A DNA stretch of 64,000 bases from Ophelia neglecta. Taxonomy: Eukaryota. Under the pieces are notes generated by a model, which worked only from the letters and a program-made list of their open reading frames with translations, searched no databases and was not told the DNA's origin. Location of the stretch: NCBI GenBank assembly GCA_965285935.1, contig OZ260662.1, positions 67,952,001 to 68,016,000 of the forward strand. The letters are read 5' to 3'. Below, one piece after another: positions 53,230-64,000 of the stretch. Numbering within the stretch: position 1 is the first letter of the stretch; every line of letters starts with the position of its first letter. A program made the position numbers and the translations under genes.

Positions 53230-55116
53230 GTCTTGCTATTCATTTCCAGTGTTTTCAGGAAAAACAGTTTTTTGTTGGGAGGGGGGGGGGGACTGGGGGA
53301 GGCCGTTCTGGGACCCCCTCAGGCTTTAACTTGGCCATTAGTGGTCTATGACGATAGAAATATTTACTGTCGCTTTTGATGGGTGGGGTCATGCTTCCCT
53401 AAATGCAGTATTGATTTTTATAATCAAATATTTCGCTGATGCGATTTAAGACAGATTGGCCATTTACAAAATTCAATTCAGGGGACCGCGACTCGATGTG
53501 AATATATTGCCTCCGAAGAAAACATCATAAGCGTTTTCGTCTACGATGCACACCACACGAATACATTAAATGAGGGCTTCAATACAGTGATTGTTATATA
53601 GATGGGAGTAGAGACGACGGCCACATGTAAGCCTACACTGTGATCGAAATATCTATGATATATGATATTTCCTGATCCCATGCATAAAGTATTTATAAGA
53701 ATATGATAACCTTTTTTTAAGTCGACATTTGGATCTTTGCTTTCGTTCATCATTTGACGAGTTTCTAATGAAGGTCTGTTCCTCTAGTTCATTAACTTAT
53801 GAATAATAGAAAGATTTTTGATGTTTTAGATTCAGACGAGTGATAAGATCGATGAATGTACTGATAATATTCTTGAAGAATTACGATGTCGGACACTAAC
53901 AAAAATATTATTCTTCGAATGGAAACGGGTATTCCAATTAAAGCATTCAACGAAATTAAGAAATATCACTCCAGTGCGCCGAAATTTAAGACTATCCCAG
54001 CCAGCTTTATATGATAGATCATAGTTGGGGTCCTTTCCTTAGTGCCAAAGATCAGTCTCGCGGCTTCTATAGTATTTTTCTATTACATTAGCAATTCCAT
54101 AGAAGTAGCCTGATTTAAATAGAGCCGCATTAGTAACGCGGCCTGACATATGACTTTAAGACGGCATCAAGGTCCTTCCAAGACTCTTCTAGTTCATCTG
54201 TTTTAAAATATTCAGTCCCTTAGGAACTAAGCTCTTTAGCGATATGAAAGATCGATATCCTCCCAAAAACGGATACTTGGAATAATTCTTTTAAAAATGA
54301 GACAGACAATCGATACAATGGGTGGACCCCGAGTTGATAAGTGTATATAGGTGAATTATTCTGCCTCTTTGATAGCCACTGACCCACGACAAGGCATCAC
54401 CATTTATACCTCGAGATTTTAACTTATGAGACATGTATGCAAAAAATTGTCAAAATTCCTAGGTATAAATGAATAAATACTCGTATGAATTCGTCTCCAA
54501 AGTCGATGGCCCTTAGTCTTGTGCCACACATCCCCTCCGCGCGGTATTTTTAGATACTGATGTACCGCCGTAAATGATAGGTAGCTCGCGGATTATACAT
54601 TTAGGCTGGTGGAGTTAGACTAGATGGCCCTATTTAGTTTCTAAAATGTCTCAATAAGTCGATTGCCTTTGGAGTCATTTTGAAAAAATACTGACTGGTA
54701 AGGCATAGGCATGTCATGGGATCAACAGATTACTAAACAAATGGTCTAACAAGAGTCTTTCAAGAAACTTTGGTAAAAGTGATATCGGGCGATATTTACA
54801 AGATGCACATTTCTTTCTTATGAAAAGGTGTGCGAGTAGCAGAAATTGGTTATTAGTCGGTTCCTATGGCAACTAACCTCAAAAATTCAGTTTTAACTTT
54901 GTACACGGTCAAATTTTTTACACACATGGTGTAAAAATGGCAGTAAAATTGAGCTTTTCGTCGCTATTATAAAAAGATCTTCAAATATCGCTCATGATAA
55001 TATAACTTAGATTAATAATAATTAGTTAGCGTGGTTGCGTTCATTTTACTATCATGGTAGTTGCTGGATTCAGACACTGCTGGTCACTGGTCACTACCCA
55101 ATCTATATCACACAGA

Positions 55117-55280
55117 TACAGTGAAACCTGCCTCACAGCCCACCTCTAAAACCAGACCACCTGTCAATTCAGACCACTAATATGAGCACCGTGATGTAAA
55201 CTTTCAATGTTAAATAACCTGTCTAAGCAGACCAGTATTTTCCAGTCCCTTTGGTGGTCTTAATTCGCAGGTTTCACGGT
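55117..55280 (-). mobile_element. Tigger-like MITE family, copy 3 (inverted orientation)
   Basis: TACAGTGAAACCTGC...GCAGGTTTCACGG; contains CAGACCAGTATTTTCCAGTCCCTTTGGTGGTC, the reverse complement of the core in copy 2. Confidence 0.82.
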
Positions 55281-58274
55281 CTATACTTTTTCCTCATTTT
55301 TTTCAATCATTATTTCCATTAGCGCAAAACTCATATCAGGTCCATCTATATGATAACCTTAAAGAAACACAATACTCGATTGACCAAGTGTCAATTGTCA
55401 ACATAGTCGAAATGTCATCTCTTATAAGGCTCCTTATTTTGTTCAACCTTTCAGCATGTGATTGATTTGTTAATTAAATTATCACATAACCAGAGTTTGG
55501 TCTACATGTAGCTGTTTTCTGTCTCACTCTCAAACACAACACTTCATATCATTTATTCTGCGGTAGTCCTCATATAACTCTATATTATGTGTTATTCGGT
55601 ACTCGTCGTATGATGCTATATGTGTAACGCATTGTCCTGTGTTGAACTGTGTTGAACCTTGTCAGAATATTATGAGTTAACATTCTTTTGAGTGTATTCA
55701 TTTTCAACTTATTATTGATTAGCAAAAACCTGGCATATATGACCGCAATGACCGTTTAATATGACTATTTGTCAAATCCCCAAGACGTAAAAGCCCCAAG
55801 TTTTTCAGTGTTTCCATCATCGATATTAAGAACTGCTTCGTACTGATATATGAAAAGGCTTGACTAATTCTGGTCAAACCAATGAACCGACATTGCAACT
55901 TTACAAATAAGACTGCTTTAGATTGCCTTATTTCAGTTGCATTATTTGTTTACAAGCATGCATGCGCCTAATGGTATAAATGGATGAACTGATTATGTAA
56001 ATTATAGGTTCGTCCTGACGACTCAAAACGTAGTAGCTGATAATTTGACATGCTTGGTTTCTTCCAGCATCTAATACAGAATTCAACCTCTCTGCCAAAG
56101 CGTTAAATACTCGAAAAGAATGTGGTATTCATCGTTCAGTGACAATTTTTATCTTTATATCTAGTGTGCCTGGGATTGTGCCTCAGGTTCGTGTTTCCGC
56201 TAGCAGGTGTGTGCCTAATGCGCACTCTGGCGATGTTGCTATTAACTAAGTACCAAATACAATTCTCGTGTTGTTTGAGAACGCGTCTGGGATATTTTAC
56301 AGATCCGTATTTCGGAAGAATGTTGAATCAGAAGCAATACTTGTCGCTTGATGTGCCGAGGTAAGATGATTGCTAGCTTGATTCTATTGGTAAGCAAGCT
56401 CTAAGTCAAATTTACGTAGGAGTTTTGGACCGTAATTGCCAGCTGTAAAGGTGCACATGTCAATTTCACTTTTTTTTACGCTTATTATGACGATCAATTT
56501 AACTGCCTGCATTGAATTACCGAAGGCTAGGAAAGACTTGACATTTTACGAAAGATACTATAATGGAAAATGTAACCGTTTGTATCAGTACTATTGTTTA
56601 AAATGTTGAACAATAATAATATCAATATTTAACCCCGAATACACACTTAACCCCGAATAGTCCCTTTCGTATATTATAGTGAATATTGGATTTCTTAAAG
56701 ACAAACACAAAAATCCATTAACCTACCAAAAATCCATTAACCTACCATTAGTTTTTTAATAACAACAATTAAATGTTGATTTAATTCATCATTGGATTGC
56801 GATTGATAACAAATGAATTCAAATTAGCAGGTGGTGATATACAAAACACACTGCTGAGTGCTTAAACCTGCTCAACTGTCAGGCGCTAATCATAAAAAAC
56901 TGTAGACATGAACATAAGAAGTTACTATTAAAATTACAGATATTAGCCACCGCGGACGCTCAGTTCATCGAAGGTGAAACCTATGTAATTACGCCAGATT
57001 CGCTAAGCGATATACCGACAAGCAACCGTGTAGGTAAACTAGGAAAAATCCACGCTATACTGCACTCTAATTGGCCCCACATTGTATAAATTTGATTGAG
57101 GAACAATCCACGGTCTATTGCGCTCCAAACCCATATGTCGTAAATTAATGTTTTCATTCTAGCCATATACTTATTCTAATAATTTATAAATCGTTATAGG
57201 CCTACTAATATTAATTCATTGCAGGCAAGCAATAACTTAATGTATTGTATCTGTAGAGTAGAATAGCATTCACAAGCATGCCCCTTCACATGGCAATCTG
57301 AGATTATAGTATTTCATGATGGGCTTTAAATAGTTAATCTTCCTCTAATCACCAACCACTGTAATAAGCTGCCAGAGGTCAAAATAAAAATAAGATTAGT
57401 TGATGGAAACGGTTAACATTTGCGCCAGTATTGATGCTATAGTTAAACCAAAATAAACAAGTTCCAGCCGATCAAAAATTCAATTTGGATTAAAGATAAC
57501 GTTGCAGCCTAACAAAATATAACAGGCCATGCCACGCAGGCTGATAAACGTTTGATAGGATTTTATATGGATTTAGATGGGTTAAGATTTTCCTACGACT
57601 ATAAATGTTTATCGATTGATAAGGACGCTATGGTTATATTTGGAAACAAAGCCTTTAACAGTAGAAGGCGTCTGACGTATATGGTATTGGGTAAAAAAAA
57701 ATGATGGGACTGGCAGGATAATGTGATGGATGTAGCTTGGAATCGTTTGCAATTGATAAAAGTGACTGGTCTAACAAGCTCACATTTTCGCCTGGGGACT
57801 CCTGCATTTGGCCATTTTTTCCCTAGGAAAGCCTTTCATTCTGACCATCTGAGACTTCAAAAACATCAAATCCCCGGTTATACCCCGGTCCGAACTCATC
57901 AAGCAGACGACACTGCGTCTCTGAAGGTTTACATGTAATACAGCCAAAGCATGTTACAGGGTTTCGCTCCGCGAGGAGGGCTTCAATCAATGTACCGGCA
58001 CACCTGTTATTGCATTACTACATTGCTGTGGCGAATTATTATTATATGAGAATGCAATAAAGGATAGAGCGGTTTTATAGCGGTCATCCACCACTATATT
58101 ACTTGTGGCAAGCACAGGAGGGAATCTGATATAAGTATTTTATTACAAAGATGCACCTAGCCAAACACCTAGGGCAGAACTGATGAAGAGCTCAAGTTGC
58201 CTGTTGTGTTATCATTATACCTGAGTTTTACTCTAGACAATAAGATGTTGGCTGAATCGCTGTCAACACGCAAC

Positions 58275-58470
58275 ACCGTGGTGAGTACTATAGTTGATTG
58301 TGATCATGAGAGGTTCGAGTCCCTTCCAAGCCGCCTTTCCGGGCTAGATGTAGTCTAAGACAAGTGCAAGGCCTCAGATAACTGCACTTGAGTATGGTAC
58401 AAAGGTGAGCACGTTGACGCAATGTGCGTATCGCCCAGTAAGGCAGCGTGTCCCCAGCTTACACGTACCT
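58275..58470 (+). mobile_element. Possible degenerate tRNA-derived SINE
   Basis: Pol III B-box-like GGTTCGAGTCC at 58312-58322 with a weak A-box-like GTGGTGAGT upstream and a GC-richer body. There is no complete cloverleaf. Confidence 0.35.
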
Positions 58471-58971
58471 GTGTTCAAATCAAGGAAATTCTTTGTTATC
58501 TACTCAAGATAACCGCAATTGGATGCCCATTGTCTGGTGATACCTGCTGATGTAAATTTAGGCATTATCCAAACTAAGGTATGTGTGACATATATGCCTG
58601 GCGTGATATTCTTTTTTCCGTGTGATTTAATAGTGATTTATCCATAGCTGTATAATATTTGATAAGACCTCAATATTAAACAAGTATTCTAGTTTTATTA
58701 TTCCTTTTTTTCACGTGCCTTGCAGGGCTTCTATTTTATTCATTTGCATCCCCTATTTTTAGCGTGCTGTTACATTTACTTTTCATATATAGGCTATTTT
58801 TAAATCTCCCTTAGCCTATAGCTCTATATTGTATGCTTGATGTCAATTTTGTATGGGATTATCAATTGTGGTCAACTTGGTATAGGCCGGTTCAGGGTTA
58901 TTCTATACTTGCACAGACAGCCATACATGTCGGCCAATGTAATGAATCGGACATTGTTTAAGGCATAAACG

Positions 58972-59053
58972 ATTTGTACGAAATGACTAATGCACAAACA
59001 ATTTGTACGGAATGACTAATGCACAAACAATTTGTACGGAATGACTAATGCAC
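58972..59053. repeat. 29-bp tandem repeat, ~3 units
   Basis: ATTTGTACG(G/A)AATGACTAATGCACAAACA at 58972, 59001 and 59030. Confidence 0.9.
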
Positions 59054-59266
59054 ATCTGGTTGGCTTGGATCCTCTAAAGAGTTATTCCAAACTGCAAACT
59101 TGGTTGTTTTGAGAACAGATTTTTTTCTCTATGAATCAAATCAGGTTTTTATGTTTCTGTTAATACACTCGCTATTTCTTCCTCGCAAGGCTACATGCTG
59201 CTAAACAGAGGTATTTTATAGAATATTGAATGGGATCGAAAGCAATGCTTTCGTGTCCGTACTGCT

Positions 59267-59426
59267 CAGTGGCGGAATTTGGGAGGGGGGCAAGCCTGGC
59301 CCTTATTTTTGGACCCACGCAAGGTGGTTTCAGAGGGTGGGTAACGGACAATCAAGACATTTTTCTCGTCAGCCCTGGAATCCCCCCCCCCCCCCCCCAA
59401 ATCCTGAAATCCTGGATCCGCCACTG
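59267..59426. mobile_element. Short MITE with CAGTGGCGGA...TCCGCCACTG termini
   Basis: 10-bp perfect terminal inverted repeat plus G-run/C-run inverted subterminal sequence; CTGCT on both flanks. Confidence 0.75.
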
Positions 59427-62400
59427 CTGCTCTGATATCTACAGCCACTGGTATTGATATGATTGAACGGTACGCCTACGGTATGCTTTTAGCTGGGTGT
59501 ATAGAGCCATGTGGTGTGGTTATTGATGAGAATTGGGCGATGGCCCTTTTTTGTTGGCCACAGCTGGTGATCTGTTATTGGTGTGTGACAACACTGCATT
59601 TAATGTTTTTTTGAAGTTCTGATACATCAAACAACGCAGTCATTTTCAACTTTGCAATTTTAGACCACACCACTATACAGTGCATTTTCAAACAAATTTG
59701 AAACAAAAATGCACTACGTTCATCATGTCAAATTAGATAATTAAAGAGCAATTTGTCTTTTTGGTCATGTCAAATGAGTGAAACATGTTGTCGTTGTATT
59801 TCAGCTTTGTAACTTGAGCTAAAAAAAGTAAAAGGATACTCACCAGTCTTATTTTAGGGGTCAAACGCAGAAAGCCAAACATCCTAATTTGAGTACACAT
59901 GAACTCTTTCAGGAATTGTATTTGCAATGTTTATTCTAAAGTCATGACTTTAACTACATTTTCCATCAAAATGTGTTAACTTTTTGAAATAATTTAAAGT
60001 CAGTTATCTTAAGAAGCCTATTAATCAATTAGGCCAATACAAGAAAAAATTGTGTCTTGGTTTTTTTGAAATTGTAACAGTGTGGGTCGTCTTTAACGTT
60101 TGTGTTGTTGATGAAAACAACATCTGGTGGTCACATGTGTGACATAATTATGTTGTGAATAACGTCCTTACATTGTAAGACACGCAACTTATAATTTATA
60201 AGAATGGCACGATTTCGATCATTTATTAATAGTTTGCTTCAGCAAAACACCAATACAAACTCTTAGTTGATAAGTTGGGTATAACATTGCAGTTACTAAA
60301 CTTGCTACTTGGTTTCTCGAATGTTTTAATGTCGATGTTTTATGGGATAATCGCCTGGACGACTCCTTGCTACCCGCATCATAGCATCGGATAAATGTAG
60401 ATGTCATTTATGGTGCAGTTAAAATGACAAGTATAACTCATTTCGTTCTTTTGCTCCGTAGATGCCCCGTACTGGGCGAATTTATGTGATAACCAAGCCG
60501 TCCCGATAAGAATAATGATGCAAAATAGAGAATAATCTTCGTATCAACCAGCGGAATATAACAGCATAGGGTTGCTGAGATGACGCCTTAACAGCCGTGT
60601 GTATTCTCCTAGCCAATTATACATTTTTAAATTCTTGTTTTATCGAGCACACTTTGCAAATGCGCATGTTAATATTGACAGGGAGCTATTGTGCTTCAGG
60701 GCTACATATATTCATGCACCAGTGACTAGAAAACTTCTTCCTCACTCAAGTTATGCGACAATAAATGCCATTTTCTCTCCATTCGTTATTGTCAAAGGCA
60801 CAATGGGTTAGTATTTATCGTCCCAAGGCACTTGAATGTTTTCTCCGCTTATAATATTTGTTTATATGACATAGGATGACTTAAGAATATCAGATTCCTG
60901 AGAAAGGTACTGCAGCTTAACGGTACCTGAAAGGCACAGCATATATTCATTGACCACTTTACACAACTGCATTACAAGGACTTGACTGATGACCTTGACA
61001 TGACTTTGAGCTCTATGAAAACTGCGCTCCTTCGTCCGTGGTCATCTTGTCTGTCATAAGTGTTTGCCCTTGACCTCTCTGTGTGTCTGCTACCAACAAG
61101 ACGCAACAATTTCTCTCGGATTTTATCAATACCCTAACTCATATAGTCACTTCCCCATCTGGGAGTTTTCAGCTCTTCGTCCCATTTTCCTATCTATGTT
61201 AAGATATGGCTTAACATGCCGGAAATGAAAAAAAACTATGACTTCGTCTCGCTTTGGGTAATACAAGGAGAAGGAATTCATCGTATGTGATGAGCTCATT
61301 CCATGAATCCTCCGTTGCCATGGCAATAATGCTACCATTTAACAAAAAATCGAGTACTCAACTTTAAACTAGGGTCCATGTGTTTTAAATGGTGTATAGG
61401 CCTATGTAGAAGAGCCAGGAGTGATGTGACGCGGTCTTATTGCGAAACTCAAGTTTTAGACTAAATATATGTTTAGCCAGCGCAAACTAAGAATGTTGTA
61501 TGTACGGTGAATTAACAAATGATTATAAGCCGAGTGCCAATCAGAATAGTTGTTTTTTATGTGTCCACTAAGTACTGGATAATTTATGTGGCGTCATTGT
61601 GGCGTCAATGTGGCGTCATTTGGTCTACACCCGAAATCTCCGGAATGTTAAAGAACTTTTATGGAATGAGCCTTTATACTTTGGTGTTGTGTCCCTTTTA
61701 CCTGTCAGCTTTCCGACCGTTAACTATTATTTTTATTTATTTATTTGCTATATAAACACTGTTGTGCAGCGGGGATAGTGGGAACAGTATCACCGTGCGG
61801 CTAGAGCAATGCTAGAGGATCAAGCGGCGTTACCGTACGGCCAGCTCGCTGAGTCCCCTGACCACTTGATGTATGATGCCCAGTTCGAGATCCCACATAT
61901 CGTACTGACCACGAAGATTTGGAAATATTAAATCACTGCAATTATTGATTGTTGCTCTATTAAATCACATTTACCCCATATCCATTACAGTATTGCTCTG
62001 AGAGAATGTCTAATCACATTTGCTCTTGTCCTTTTACAGTATTGGTCCCATAGAAGAATACGAAGCCCGTGGACTTCATTTCGTGTGGATTGTAACCAGC
62101 ACAATGGGCAGGCCATATACTGATTGTGCCTAAGTGCTAGTCAAGTAGTATTATAATGCATTGCCGTTTTGTATTCCTAGTGTGGCTAAGTAGTAGGCAC
62201 AATGACTCTGGCAGACACGTTGTCGGGAGCACTCATACTATTTCTGTATATTTTATTGTTGTATGAGGTGATATCTAACATGATAGGCACGGAGTCACGT
62301 TCACGAAAAGATGGTGTCTCCACTGGAGTTTATAGGTAAGTTTATAAGATAGAGCATAATTTTAGGTTAAGAAGGCTATACTGTGATAACATGATTCTAC

Positions 62401-63032
62401 GTTACTCACCATTTTACAAAACGGCTTACTTTTACATGCAGAAAGAAATCAATACGAATAGGAGAGAAATATTATATGCCAGCTTACGTGACTCACTATT
62501 TATGAACCCAGCCCAACCAAGTAGATTCTGTATCTGTTGTATGAGCTACTTGATTATACAACATATTGATACATGCAAGTTTAGAAAAAAATTAATAGCA
62601 GTCCAACAGGAAATGAGTACTATTGTGTGCACACAATTATGTTCAGAGCTTGGAATCATCTGCAACAAAAACAAGGCCATTCTGATAGATTTAAATATGA
62701 ACAATAAACACTTTCATTGTCCGATGAAAATGGAAATTTATTCTTGATGAACTCAATACATATTTTCACTCAATAAGTTTCTGAACTAGGGACATTCGCT
62801 TACCCGTAGCTGTGGGCAAAGCGGAAGTTGATTTTCTAAACATGGATGGCAAGATTCTAAAAGGGCGTTTTTAGCAGATAAATCCCGGCAACATAAACGC
62901 TGCAGGATATTTCATCATTGAATTCTAAATCAATTGTCAGCCAGCATCTCTATGGCATTATTATTACGTATCTATAGCGGGATCTTGTGTGATATCCGTT
63001 ATATATTTCGAGTTTCATCATTTATTTTCCAG

Positions 63033-63249
63033 GCCCAAACCGAAGGCAGCAAAACAGGAGATTCGCGGATCCGGAAATTTAGACGCCCTCTGGCGACGAA
63101 TGTGCCATGCCCGTCAAAGCCTCGAGATGAACGGGTTAAAACATTCTGACATCTCCGAGAGTATGGCCCAGGCAAGGATCCGGTCACGAGAGGCAGAGCT
63201 GCAACGGATATCCGCAATCAGAGAAGCCGCTAATATAGACAATGGTTGA
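63033..63249 (+). CDS. Possible terminal coding exon of an unidentified gene
   Basis: Good acceptor (tttattttccag), a GC-rich open frame (R)PKPKAAKQEIRGSGNLDALWRRMCHARQSLEMNGLKHSDISESMAQARIRSREAELQRISAIREAANIDNG*, and clustered AATAAA at ~63525, 63536 and 63576. I recognise no homology and did not find the upstream exons. Confidence 0.35.
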
Positions 63250-64000
63250 TGGCTGGGATTTGAAGCTGTAAATTAGCTGCATGCCTCCTTCTGATTGTTT
63301 TGGAGATGTGAAATAGGCCCAACACTCTACAAAGCATAATCCGTAATCGAGGAATCAATGAGATACTAAACTAGGATGGTGAGCAAGATTTTAATAGGCT
63401 ACATTGTGGCGCAGAAGTCACACCGTCCCGTGTCAGCAGACAACGACAAAAACTCACGGGCATGAATGATGTCATACTTTTCTTGGCCCTGAGGGTCCAC
63501 AATTGTGCATTATTGTATGCATAGAATAAAAATGAAATAAAATACGGTTAAGGAGCACAAACATTGACTTTATTCAATAAAGTTTCACACATGTAGTTTT
63601 TAACCGATTATTTGTACAGTTGAATCTTGTATTCCGAATGGTGCCAATACTGAAAATTGTCTCCTTGGTAAAGTGAAGGTTACGTGTAATCAACGTTTAA
63701 CCCGTTTAATAATCCTATCCGGTCTTAGATGTCTCCAAGCCTGATTATTTTATGCTTATACAGTTAAGTCAAGGAACATTTTCACAATGTTTAGTACTGT
63801 TCAGTGCTTAATTTGCAAAAATGTTATTTCTTTTCATGCTGGAATATCTTATTTTTGATATATTTAAATAGTGCACACCGTTACGCTGAAATTATCCAAT
63901 GCTGAGCTTTCCAATGCTAGTGGCGGCAGCTTTGAGAAGGTTTATGTAAATTACTGAAATAATTCAGCAAGGAGAATTTGGACCGAACCTATATTTATTT

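Noticed and set aside
58280-58335. tRNA gene
   Set aside because: Only a T-loop/B-box-like motif is present. I could not fold an acceptor stem or anticodon arm.
50000-62900. A third nAChR-like paralogue downstream of gene B
   Set aside because: I found no Cys-loop, WxPD, or M1-M4 exon motifs here by eye or in the ORF track.

Overview
AT-rich, intron-containing animal DNA (probably a lophotrochozoan such as an annelid; this is inferred from the gene family and repeat types), not prokaryotic. The main content is two intact, tandem, same-strand, 8-coding-exon genes for pentameric ligand-gated ion channel (Cys-loop, nicotinic acetylcholine receptor-like) subunits: gene A at 19471-34258 (514 aa) and gene B at 45402-49268 (528 aa). 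I assembled both by hand from GT-AG boundaries, and the reading frame is consistent across all introns. Both subunits are strongly atypical. They have no vicinal cysteines and a shortened loop C, a lengthened loop F shared by the two paralogues, Gly in place of the highly conserved 9' Leu gate in M2, and different M1-M2 selectivity linkers (ESADK vs DDVEK). They are candidates for an uncharacterised, possibly non-cholinergic, heteromeric channel. Gene B also shows a one-codon intron shift and a duplicated, in-frame splice acceptor before M3. The rest of the window is non-coding with many mobile-element remains: three decayed LINE fragments, pogo/Tigger-like and Harbinger-like MITEs, two Helentron-associated (HINE/DINE-like) elements, a foldback element with a 6-bp target-site duplication, and small tandem repeats. 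A possible orphan terminal exon lies at about 63.0-63.25 kb. Almost all other ORFs in the supplied track look spurious.
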